Source: Planctomycetota bacterium
GTDB taxonomy: Bacteria > Planctomycetota > GCA-002687715 > CAIWVZ01
Length of the DNA stretch: 64,000 bases
Assembly: GCA_044222185.1 (NCBI GenBank)
Contig: JBGANV010000009.1
Coordinates: forward strand, 162,550-226,549
Direction: 5' to 3'
A model generated the notes under the pieces. The model was not told where the DNA came from. It searched no databases and saw only the letters and a list, made by a program, of their open reading frames with translations. Shown piece by piece: positions 1 through 8,380 of the stretch (positions are counted from its first letter, which is position 1; each line of letters begins with the position of its first letter). Position numbers and translations under genes: made by a program.

Positions 1-1
1 A

Positions 2-1138
2 CGGCAATTCGATCGTCCCACGCATGAGCTTCAGGTAGCCGTACCGCGCGTAGAGGATCCGCTGTGCATAGAACGGCAGCGTCGGATCCTCGTAGAGGTC
101 GGCGAGCCGCCGCAGGTTCTTCTCCACGTCGAGCGCGGTCGCGACCATGGCGATCGCCGCCTGCGAGCGTCGATCGAGGGGCGCATCTCCATCGGGGCGC
201 GTCGCAGGCCCGGAATCGACGGGCCTGGAATCGAGCCGGTGAGCTGGACGGCGCGCCTTCAGCAGATCCAGCGCGCGTCGCCCGAACACCTGGCACGCGG
301 CTTCCTCGACGAACACCTGGTCGCGGGTCCGACCGCCCCCGACCCATTGCCCGAGGCCCTCGAACAACCCGACGGACTGGTCCCAGATCAGACAGTGGAA
401 GAGTTCGTGGCCGTAGCTCTGCACCAGCTCATCGAGCGTTTCGGTGAGCGTCGAGCGGGGGAGTTCGACGGTGGGCGATCCGAGAAACGTGATGAACGGA
501 AGCAGGCTCCGTCCTCCCAGCACGGCGACGGCCGAGTCGATCTCGCGCTCCCGCTGCCGCGCTTCCTCGGCGGTCGTGCCAGCTGCCGCGAAGATCTGGG
601 GCGCGATCTCGGCGATCTGCGCCCGGGCCGCGGCCGTATCCAGAGTCCCGGCGAGGTGACCGCGTACGGCGGCATCGAGGGCCGGCATCACCGGCGACGC
701 GAGGGCGGCGCCGAAGCGCGACCCGCAATGGTCCACCACCCACTTGATCGCGAGCGAGTGCATGGGAACGACGGAGGTGTCCACGAACCCATTCCATGCG
801 GGGTCTGCGTGCTCGCCCGCGGCGCGCTCATACACCTCGACGTCGTGGGAGTGATCGAGCACCGTCGGAGTTGGGAAGTCGACCTCCTCCCGTGCCACTT
901 CGGACGCCACCGGCTCCACCAGGTCCTCGAGGTTGAAGAACATCTCCTGCTGGATCGCGTCGGCCTCCGATGTGCGCCCCTGCTTCATCAGCTCGCGGTA
1001 GCGGAGCAAGGGACCGTTCGGATCGAGAGGGTTGGCCCGGTAGAGTCCGGGAGAGTTCGTCGCGCAGCCTGGGCTGATGGCGAGGAGAGCGGTGACGAGG
1101 CAGGCGACGATCGAGTTCCAACGAGATCTGCGAGGCAT
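2..1138 (-). CDS. Putative lipoprotein zinc metallopeptidase (gluzincin-like), partial, runs off the left edge
   Basis: Not in the ORF track because it has no stop in the window. Manual translation from ATG 1138: MPRRSRWNSIVACLVTALLAISPGC (lipobox-like), YGHELFHC at 395-409 (HExxH), followed by FEGLG and VEEAAC as candidate third-ligand Glu. Confidence 0.7.
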   Translation of the reverse strand, partial: MPRRSRWNSIVACLVTALLAISPGCATNSPGLYRANPLDPNGPLLRYRELMKQGRTSEADAIQQEMFFNLEDLVEPVASEVAREEVDFPTPTVLDHSHDVEVYERAAGEHADPAWNGFVDTSVVPMHSLAIKWVVDHCGSRFGAALASPVMPALDAAVRGHLAGTLDTAAARAQIAEIAPQIFAAAGTTAEEARQREREIDSAVAVLGGRSLLPFITFLGSPTVELPRSTLTETLDELVQSYGHELFHCLIWDQSVGLFEGLGQWVGGGRTRDQVFVEEAACQVFGRRALDLLKARRPAHRLDSRPVDSGPATRPDGDAPLDRRSQAAIAMVATALDVEKNLRRLADLYEDPTLPFYAQRILYARYGYLKLMRGTIELP

Positions 1139-1207
1139 GGTGCGACCCCGCCTTCCCGCGGAGCGGCGGTATTCTATGGCGATGAGCATCGATCGGGAGA
1201 CACGTTC

Positions 1208-1939
1208 ATGAGCATTCCGTCGGACGCGGGCGAGGCGTTCGATCTGCGCTTGGGGACCGGGCCGCACGTCCAGGGTTTCTTGCACCGGGGCTCCCAGGGC
1301 GGCGACGCCGTGGTCCTCGCGCACGGCGCGGGCACGGACTGCCACGCGGCGATCCTCGTCGCGGTGGCCAGTCGGTTCGCGGCCGTCGGCGTGACCGCGC
1401 TCCGGATCAACCTCCCGTTCAGACAGGAGCGACCGCAGGGACCCCCGTCGTCGCGCGACGGCGATCGTGATCGCGAGGGGTTGCGCCGCGCCGTCGCGGC
1501 GCTGCGTCAGCGGCGCGCGGCGCGGGTGCTCGTCGGCGGACACTCGTATGGCGGACGGCAGGCGTCCATGCTCGTGGGCGAGGACCATGCGGTCGCCGAG
1601 GGTGCCCTGCTGCTCTCGTATCCGCTGCATCCGCCCCGTCGCGAGGCCGACCTCCGCACGCGACACTTTCCGTCGATCCGCACCCCGTCGCTCTTCGTGC
1701 ACGGCACGCGCGATCCGTTCGGCACGACGGACGAGATCGCGACGGCCATCGCAGCCATTCCAGCACGGACGCAGCTCGTCGCCATCGACGGCGGCACGCA
1801 CGACCTGCTCGCGGGGCGGACCTCCGTCGCGCTCGACGTCGCTCGGATCGCAGAGATCATCGTGACGGCGACGGTCGCGTTTCACCTGGGCGGGGATCGA
1901 TCTACCGCAGCCGCCGCTCGTCGCTCCGAAGCTCCTTGA
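1208..1939 (+). CDS. Alpha/beta-hydrolase family protein (KANL3/Tex30-like)
   Basis: VLAHGAG, GGHSYGG nucleophile elbow, LLSYPLHPP, HGTRDPFG, GGTHDL. True start is MSIPS at 1208 inside the 239..1939 ORF. Confidence 0.85.
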   Translation: MSIPSDAGEAFDLRLGTGPHVQGFLHRGSQGGDAVVLAHGAGTDCHAAILVAVASRFAAVGVTALRINLPFRQERPQGPPSSRDGDRDREGLRRAVAALRQRRAARVLVGGHSYGGRQASMLVGEDHAVAEGALLLSYPLHPPRREADLRTRHFPSIRTPSLFVHGTRDPFGTTDEIATAIAAIPARTQLVAIDGGTHDLLAGRTSVALDVARIAEIIVTATVAFHLGGDRSTAAAARRSEAP

Positions 1940-2732
1940 GCTTCGGCATCTTGGGCGCCATGTCTTCGAGGACGTCGCGGACGATCTGAGCCACGGCGAG
2001 GTTGCGATACCACTTGGCGTTGGCGGGGACGATGAACCACGGCGCGATCTTGCTGGAGCATCGCCCGAGCGCGTCTTCGTAGGCCGACTGGTAATCGCCC
2101 CAGAGCTTGCGGTCGTCCAGGTCGCCGGGCTGGTACTTCCACCGCTTGCTCGGATCCTGGAGGCGTGAGAGCAGACGTCGTCGTTGCTCCTTGCGATCGA
2201 TGTGGAGGAAGATCTTCACGATCCGCGTCCCCAGCGAGCTCGCGAGCGCCTCCCAGACGTTGATCTGTTCGAAGCGCGCCCGCCATTCCTGCGGCGAGGC
2301 GAATCCGCGCACGCGTTCGACGAGGACCGCTTCGTAGTGCGATCGGTTGAACACGCCGACGTTCCCGCGGCGGGGGAGCTGACGCGCGACGCGCCAGAGA
2401 AAGTCGTGATCGCGTTCCTCCTCGGATGGAGCCGTGAACGCGACCACCTGGCATCCCATGGGGCTCAAGCGTGAGAACACGCTCGCGATCGTCCCGTCCT
2501 TGCCGGCCGTGTCCATCCCCTGGAGGACCACGAGGAGAGCCCGCCGGTTCTCGGCGTAGAGCTTGCCGTGGAGCTCCGCGATCTTGCGACGGTGCTTCTT
2601 GAACTGCTGCCGCGCGGCCTTTTTGTCGGTGAGACCGCCCGTATCCCCGGCATCGACCTTGCTGAGCGCAATCTTCATTCCAGGCCGCACGAGGATCGGT
2701 CGCGCACGGATCGAGCGAGCGGATTCGGACAT
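1902..2732 (-). CDS. ppk2: Polyphosphate kinase 2 family protein (class III-like)
   Basis: LQGMDTAGKDG Walker A, APSEEERDHDFLWR, FNRSHYE, KRWKY, WFIVPANAKWYRN. Confidence 0.93.
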   Translation of the reverse strand: MSESARSIRARPILVRPGMKIALSKVDAGDTGGLTDKKAARQQFKKHRRKIAELHGKLYAENRRALLVVLQGMDTAGKDGTIASVFSRLSPMGCQVVAFTAPSEEERDHDFLWRVARQLPRRGNVGVFNRSHYEAVLVERVRGFASPQEWRARFEQINVWEALASSLGTRIVKIFLHIDRKEQRRRLLSRLQDPSKRWKYQPGDLDDRKLWGDYQSAYEDALGRCSSKIAPWFIVPANAKWYRNLAVAQIVRDVLEDMAPKMPKLKELRSDERRLR

Positions 2733-2894
2733 GGGAACGACTCCTGGGGGCGCGATCCTACCGCACGCACGCGTTTGGCGCAGACCTTCGCGCCGCGGTT
2801 GGCGCTCGCGGGTCGAGCACCTACAGTCGCCGCGATGTCGGCGTGCGAACTCCGCGGCCGAATCGTCCGCAATCGATCCGCGAGGGTTCATCGG

Positions 2895-4196
2895 GTGTCA
2901 GAGCCAGCCACGGGAAACGCCAAGAGCCGGTCGCCGCTCGTCGTCGTCTTCCTCACCGTGTTCATCGATCTGCTCGGATTCGGGATCATCATCCCGCTCC
3001 TGCCGGTCTATTCGAAAGCCTACGGCGCGACCGAGCCGCAGCTCGGCCTCCTGTTCGGCAGCTTCTCGCTGATGCAGCTCGTGTTCTCGTCCATGTGGGG
3101 TCGCATGTCCGACCGCATCGGCCGGCGACCGGTGCTGCTCGGCGGGCTCGTGGGGACGGCGGCGTCATATGCGCTTTTCGCCGTGTCGAATTCGCTTCCG
3201 CTCCTGTTCGCGTCGCGCGTCCTCGCGGGGTTCTTCGGTGCGAACGTGTCGACCGCGCAGGCATACATCGCGGACGTGACGACGCCGGAGAATCGTGCGC
3301 GCGGCATGGGCCTCATCGGAGCGGCGTTCGGTCTCGGGTTCACGGTCGGCCCGCTCGTCGGCGGTGAACTCAGCAAGGTCTGGATGCCGCTTCCCGGCCT
3401 GGTGGCCGCCGCGCTGTCGCTCGCCGCGGCTGCATTCGGCTGGCGCAACCTCGTCGAGCCCACGCGACACGAGGCGACGACGGCAAGCCGCGGGCTCGTC
3501 GAAATGAAGGCCGCGTTCTCGACGCCGCGGTCGGGCACGCTTTACGTCCTCTACTTCCTGGCGATCTTCGCGTTCACGGCGTTCGAGTCCATGTTCACCC
3601 GCTTCGGTCTCGCGAGGTTCCCCTCGATCTTCGGGCTCGCGACGGACGCGCGACGCGCCACCGTCGATGAGGTCCTGCGGGCGGCGCCCATCGCGGGGCG
3701 GTATCTGGCGGCGATCGGGATCTTCTCCGCCCTCGTCCAGGGCGGGCTCATCCGAAGGCTCGTGAAGAAGTACGGCGAGACACGGCTCGCGGTCGTGGGG
3801 CCGTTCCTTCTCGGCGTCGCCCTCCTCATCATCGGCGGCGCCACCTTCGTTCCGGCGTCCAGCACGGCGCAGTGGTGGATCGTCCTCGTCGGCTGCGCGC
3901 TGATGCCGTTCGGGTTCGGCTTGAACAACCCGTCGCTCAACGGACTCGTCTCGCGCGCGGCGCCGGCGGGCAACCAGGGGACGTACCTGGGGCTGATGCA
4001 AGCGGTCGCCAGCGGGGCGCGCACGGTCGGTCCACCGATGGCGGGACTCGTCTTCGCGTTCCTCGGACCGGAGAGCCCGTTCTTCCTCGGTGCCTGCGCG
4101 CTCGCCGTCGCCACGTTCATTTCCGTCGGCTATCGGAGTCGCTTCGCATCCACGTTCACGCTCGACGGCGCCACGTCCGCGCCTGCCGGACACTGA
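2895..4196 (+). CDS. MFS transporter, DHA1/TetA-like
   Basis: VFIDLLGFGIIIPLLP, motif A GRMSDRIGRRPVLL, AYIADVTTPENRARGMG, GFTVGPLVGG. GTG start is estimated. Confidence 0.92.
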   Translation: MSEPATGNAKSRSPLVVVFLTVFIDLLGFGIIIPLLPVYSKAYGATEPQLGLLFGSFSLMQLVFSSMWGRMSDRIGRRPVLLGGLVGTAASYALFAVSNSLPLLFASRVLAGFFGANVSTAQAYIADVTTPENRARGMGLIGAAFGLGFTVGPLVGGELSKVWMPLPGLVAAALSLAAAAFGWRNLVEPTRHEATTASRGLVEMKAAFSTPRSGTLYVLYFLAIFAFTAFESMFTRFGLARFPSIFGLATDARRATVDEVLRAAPIAGRYLAAIGIFSALVQGGLIRRLVKKYGETRLAVVGPFLLGVALLIIGGATFVPASSTAQWWIVLVGCALMPFGFGLNNPSLNGLVSRAAPAGNQGTYLGLMQAVASGARTVGPPMAGLVFAFLGPESPFFLGACALAVATFISVGYRSRFASTFTLDGATSAPAGH

Positions 4197-4951
4197 TGGC
4201 TCGCGTCGGGCGTTTCCTCGTGGGGTTCATGCGTGCGAGCGTCGGTCCGCTGATCGTCATCGCCGCCGGAGCCGTGCACGGATATCTCATCACGAAGGGC
4301 GTGTATCGCCGCTACCCCATCGAGTGGTGGCTCGTGGCGGCGTTCGGCCTCTGGGTCGCGTGGCGCGAGCGGCGGGTGCATCGGCACGTCGTCCCGCTCG
4401 TCCTCGCGATCCTGCTGGCGGCCTTCTTCGTGTGGATGACGACCGTCGGAACCCGAGTGACGCGTCCGCCGTTGGCGCTTCGTGACGGTGGGCCCTTCAC
4501 CGCGTCCGAACTGGTGTCGGATTCGGGTGCGGCGGTGTCCTGGCCGCGGGACTTCGGGACGCGCCGCGCGAACCTGCTCGTGTTCTTCCGAGGCACGTGG
4601 TGAATCGCCTGCGTCGCGCAGCTCGTGGAGCTGCAAGCACATCTCGCGGCCTTCGACGATCGGGGCGTGGGGATCACCGCGGTCGCGATCGACCCGCCCG
4701 AGGCGCTCGCGCGGCTGCGTCGACTTCGCAACCTCACGATCGGACTCGTGTCGGACCAGAAGCGCCAGTTGGCATCGACGCTCGCGATGCTCGACACGCA
4801 CACGGGAGGTCCGGCCGACGGTTTCTTCGCGACGGCGATCCTGGTGGATTCCCAGGGGCGCGTCCTCTGGCATCGCGAGGAGGACGACCTGCGGGTTCGC
4901 GCCACGTCGGCGGAGTTGATCGACGCCATCGACGGCGCGCTTCCGAAATGA
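4196..4951 (+). CDS. Membrane-anchored AhpC/TSA (peroxiredoxin-like) protein, probable selenoprotein (TGA 4601-4603 = Sec, UxxC)
   Basis: ATG overlaps the MFS stop (TGATG). LLVFFRGTW-TGA-IACVAQLVELQ matches the family motif FxRGxWCxxC, and the frame continues as a thioredoxin fold (ITAVAID, LVSD, ATAILVDSQGRVLW). Confidence 0.82.
4618..4634 (+). promoter_or_regulatory. Putative bacterial SECIS hairpin
   Basis: GCAGCTC-GTG-GAGCTGC is a perfect 7-bp stem with a G-first loop, and the loop starts 21 nt after the in-frame TGA. Confidence 0.65.
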
Positions 4952-5012
4952 ACGGGGCTCGATCCGGCTGGCCGATCGACGCGATCGGCCACGGCTTCAA
5001 TGGAGAGACGTC

Positions 5013-7055
5013 ATGACGTGGAATTCAGCGATGGCGCGGGGGGTCCGCGGCGTTTGCGTGGCGTTGCTGGTGATCGTCGCGCTGCGTGGTCAGGACACGA
5101 GACCCGCCGAGGCCGGAGCACCGATCGAGGCCGGGAAGTTTCGACTCCACAAGTTCGAGCAGCCCATCGGGGACGAGAGCTACACGATCGAGCAGGACGG
5201 CTCCGACCTCGTCATCCGCTCGGATTTCAAGTTCACCGACCGCGGTTCGCCGGTGCCTCTTCGTGCCGTGCTCAGGACGACGGCCGATCTCACGCCTCGA
5301 GCGTTCCAGACGAAGGGCAAGGTCTCGCGGTTCACGCCCATCGACGACGAGATCACGATCGCCGACGGCAAGGCGACGATCCGTGAGGCGGGCGAGTCCC
5401 GAGAAGTGAAGGTCGCCGATCGATTCTTCACGATCACGGGGTACGCGCCCGTCATCGTCCAGCAGGAGCTGCTGCGCTACGTGAAGGGACACGGGATCAC
5501 CGGGGCCGTCGAGACGCTGCCGGGTGGCACCGTCACGGTCGAGGCGCGCGGGGTCGACGTGGTGACGACCGACGGGAAGAAGGTCGAGCTCTTCCGCTAC
5601 GTGGTCACGGGGCTGATCTGGGGCCGCGAGGCGATCTGGGCCGATGGCTCGGACCGGCTCGTCGCCGTCGTCGCCTGTGATGCCGAGTTCGATCACTTCG
5701 AGGCCATTCGCGAGGGCTACGTGGACTCGCTGCCGCTCTTCGTCGCCCGCGCGGCAGAAGACGGCATGGCGGCGCTCGCGAAGGTCGCGAGCACGATCAG
5801 CCCGGCGAAGCCCGGGATCACCGCGATCACGCATGCGAGGCTGATCGACGGAACGGGCGCCGCGCCGCTCGATGATGCCGTGATCGTCGTCGATCACGAC
5901 CGGATCGTCGCCGTGGGGCCGGCCTCTGCCGTGAAGGTCCCAGCCGACGCCAAGGTCGTCGACGTCCAGGGCAACACAGTGATCCCCGGCCTGTGGGACA
6001 TGCACTCGCACTTCGAGCAGGTCGAATGGGGCGCGATCTACCTCGCGGCCGGCGTCACGACCGTGCGCGATTGCGGCAACGAGTTCGACTACATCAAGAC
6101 CGTCCGTGACGTCATCGCGAAGGGAGAGGGCCTGGGGCCGCGCCTCCTGCTCGCCGGCATCGTCGACGGCGACAGCGACGTGGCTCTCGGGATCGTCCGC
6201 GCGAACGACGCCGACCAGGCTCGCGCCGTGGTGAAGCGCTATCACGACGCCGGATTCCAGCAGATCAAGATCTACAGCTCGGCGACGAAGGCGACGGTCG
6301 CCGCACTCTGCGCGGAGGCGCACAAGGTCGGCATGACGGTGACGGGGCACATCCCCGAAGGCATGACGGCGGTCGACGGCATCGAGGCCGGCATGGACCA
6401 GATCAATCACGTCCAGTACGTCGCCGACGTCATGAAGCTTCGCAAGAAGAAGGGGACGACCGAGTCGGGGCCGGCAGCCTTCGACTTCGACGCACCGGAC
6501 GTCGTGCGCACGCTCGAGCTTCTGAAGTCCCGCAACATCGTCGTGGACCCCACGCTCACCGTCTTCGAGTGGTCCATGAACACGACGGACAACCCCTACT
6601 CGAACTTCGAGCCCGGGGTTCCTCACGTGGCGCGTGAGCTGTTCAAGACGCTGAACAACTCGGGCCTTCCGCCCGCGTTCGCCCTCCGCGGCAAGACGAA
6701 GTTCGAGCAGTTCATGGCGACGGTGACGGCCATGCACAAAGCCGGGATCACGATGGTCGCGGGCACGGACCAGGTCGTGCCCGGCTACAGCGTGTATCGC
6801 GAACTCGAGCTGTACGTGAAGGCGGGATTCACGCCCATGGAGGCGATCCAGGCGGCGACGATCGTCCCCGCGCGCGTGATGAAGCTCGATCGGGAACTGG
6901 GCACGGTGCAGGTCGGCAAGATCGCAGACCTCGCCATCATCGATGGCGACCCGCTCCGCTCGATCAGCGAGATCCGCAACGTGCGGTCCGTCGTCACCGG
7001 GGGGCGGGTGTACGCGAGCGCGCCCCTCTGGACGAGCGCGGGGTTTCGGCCGTAG
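5013..7055 (+). CDS. Exported metal-dependent amidohydrolase with an N-terminal beta-rich extension
   Basis: Signal peptide; VIPGLWDMHSH (HxH), QIKIY, VTGH, QINH, AGTD, GKIADL. Confidence 0.9.
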   Translation: MTWNSAMARGVRGVCVALLVIVALRGQDTRPAEAGAPIEAGKFRLHKFEQPIGDESYTIEQDGSDLVIRSDFKFTDRGSPVPLRAVLRTTADLTPRAFQTKGKVSRFTPIDDEITIADGKATIREAGESREVKVADRFFTITGYAPVIVQQELLRYVKGHGITGAVETLPGGTVTVEARGVDVVTTDGKKVELFRYVVTGLIWGREAIWADGSDRLVAVVACDAEFDHFEAIREGYVDSLPLFVARAAEDGMAALAKVASTISPAKPGITAITHARLIDGTGAAPLDDAVIVVDHDRIVAVGPASAVKVPADAKVVDVQGNTVIPGLWDMHSHFEQVEWGAIYLAAGVTTVRDCGNEFDYIKTVRDVIAKGEGLGPRLLLAGIVDGDSDVALGIVRANDADQARAVVKRYHDAGFQQIKIYSSATKATVAALCAEAHKVGMTVTGHIPEGMTAVDGIEAGMDQINHVQYVADVMKLRKKKGTTESGPAAFDFDAPDVVRTLELLKSRNIVVDPTLTVFEWSMNTTDNPYSNFEPGVPHVARELFKTLNNSGLPPAFALRGKTKFEQFMATVTAMHKAGITMVAGTDQVVPGYSVYRELELYVKAGFTPMEAIQAATIVPARVMKLDRELGTVQVGKIADLAIIDGDPLRSISEIRNVRSVVTGGRVYASAPLWTSAGFRP

Positions 7056-7083
7056 CGACGGCGTGCGTCACCGCGTGAGCGGC

Positions 7084-7110
7084 GACGCGGCCCACGCGCC
7101 GGGCCGCGTC
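7084..7110. terminator. Hairpin between convergent genes
   Basis: GACGCGGCCC-7 nt-GGGCCGCGTC, a 10-bp perfect stem. Confidence 0.5.
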
Positions 7111-8140
7111 AGTATCCGAGCTTGACCTGCAGGGCGTTCGTCACGTCGACCCCGAGGCCCGACGCGGACGACGGGTTCACGGCGACGGCCTGGAGTCTCG
7201 CGTTGACGCCCGCAAGCGCCGGCAGGAAGGGGAAGGAGAGCGTCAGCGTGGCGTTCCCGCTGGCGTTGGTCACCGGAGTCCCCAGCGTCAGCATGGTCGG
7301 CACGTCGATGCCGATGGCGCATCCGTTCAGCGACGACGCTGCCGCGGGGGGAAGGCTGCCGAGGATCGACGCCGTCGTCGCTGGCGGCGCGCCGCTGACG
7401 GTGATCGTCGCGCTGCCACCGAGGACCGGCGGCGTGGAGGCGAGCTGGGCGTTGCCGCAGGCCGTCGTCACGGACGTCACCGTGGCGGTGAGCGATCCCG
7501 TCGTCCAGAAGAACGCGCCGGTGAAAGAGGCCTGGACTCCCGGGAGGCTCGTCGGCGCTTGCGGCAGCGCGTTGATCGGAATCCAATTCCCGCTCGTCGG
7601 CGGAGTCTCCACCTCGAAGAGCAGGTTGACGGCGACCGCGCTTGTCGAGGGGGCGGCGTTCACGACGGCGCCCGACCCGAAGAACGGTGCCGGCGCCGCG
7701 ATGACGTTCGCACCCGGGGTCGCCGACGTGAGTGTCAGGCGAACGTTCAACGTCGACAACGCCGGGCCGGGGATCGAGGGGTCGTCCCAGCCCACGCTGC
7801 CCGTCCACCGCGCGAACGCCGGGAAGCTGCTCGCCGCGCCGTTGAACGACAACGTCTGCGGGCCGTTCTGCATGGCGACCGTGACCGCGCCGCCGCTCTG
7901 CGGTCCCCAGTACAGCTGGGTGAATGCACCAGGCTGGAACCCGGTGAACTGAAGCGTGCGTCCGCCGCTGTTGCCGGCGTCGGTGCCGACGGTCGTGAAC
8001 GTCGCGCCTCCCGGCGGCGGAAACGCCGGTCCGAGGATCTGGGCGAAACCGCTGGCGCTGATGCACGCGGCGACGGCGCCGACGATCACGACTCGCAGGG
8101 CCCGAGTCCCCGTTGAAGCCACGGATGAGCGATTCCGCAT
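7109..8140 (-). CDS. Secreted hypothetical protein with the shared C-terminal domain
   Basis: GGAG RBS before ATG 8140; signal peptide ending SGFA-Q; C-terminus TNASGNA...LPALAGVNARLQAVAVNP...VTNALQVKLGY. Confidence 0.8.
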   Translation of the reverse strand: MRNRSSVASTGTRALRVVIVGAVAACISASGFAQILGPAFPPPGGATFTTVGTDAGNSGGRTLQFTGFQPGAFTQLYWGPQSGGAVTVAMQNGPQTLSFNGAASSFPAFARWTGSVGWDDPSIPGPALSTLNVRLTLTSATPGANVIAAPAPFFGSGAVVNAAPSTSAVAVNLLFEVETPPTSGNWIPINALPQAPTSLPGVQASFTGAFFWTTGSLTATVTSVTTACGNAQLASTPPVLGGSATITVSGAPPATTASILGSLPPAAASSLNGCAIGIDVPTMLTLGTPVTNASGNATLTLSFPFLPALAGVNARLQAVAVNPSSASGLGVDVTNALQVKLGY

Positions 8141-8188
8141 GAGAGTCTCCTCCGGTCGTTGCGTCCGGCGCTGGGTGAGGTGGCGTCG

Positions 8189-8217
8189 ACCATAGGCTGG
8201 CCTTTCGAGATGTGCAA
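8189..8217 (-). promoter_or_regulatory. Sigma70-type promoter for the 7109..8140 gene
   Basis: TTGCAC-17 nt-TATGGT on the minus strand, about 48 nt upstream of the ATG. Confidence 0.6.
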
Positions 8218-8380
8218 GCGTCGGGATGCTGCGCCGAACCTGGATGCGAGGTGCCATCTCACCCGCTCGGACGGGGGGATTTCAGGCTTCGTCACGCAGG
8301 TCTCGCCGTGGAGCCGAGCCCAATCCGGTCAGCCGTCCGGGACGTAGTTCGGTGGATTCCACCGGGAGACTCATCCGCAC

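Noticed and set aside
239-1207. N-terminal 323 aa of the 566-aa plus-strand ORF
   Set aside because: It is the in-register antisense shadow of the minus-strand lipoprotein; the hydrolase begins at 1208.
4601-4603. Genome-wide UGA reassignment (code 4 or 25) as the explanation for the in-frame TGA
   Set aside because: TGA terminates many clear genes here, and an RF2 with a UGA-dependent frameshift is present.
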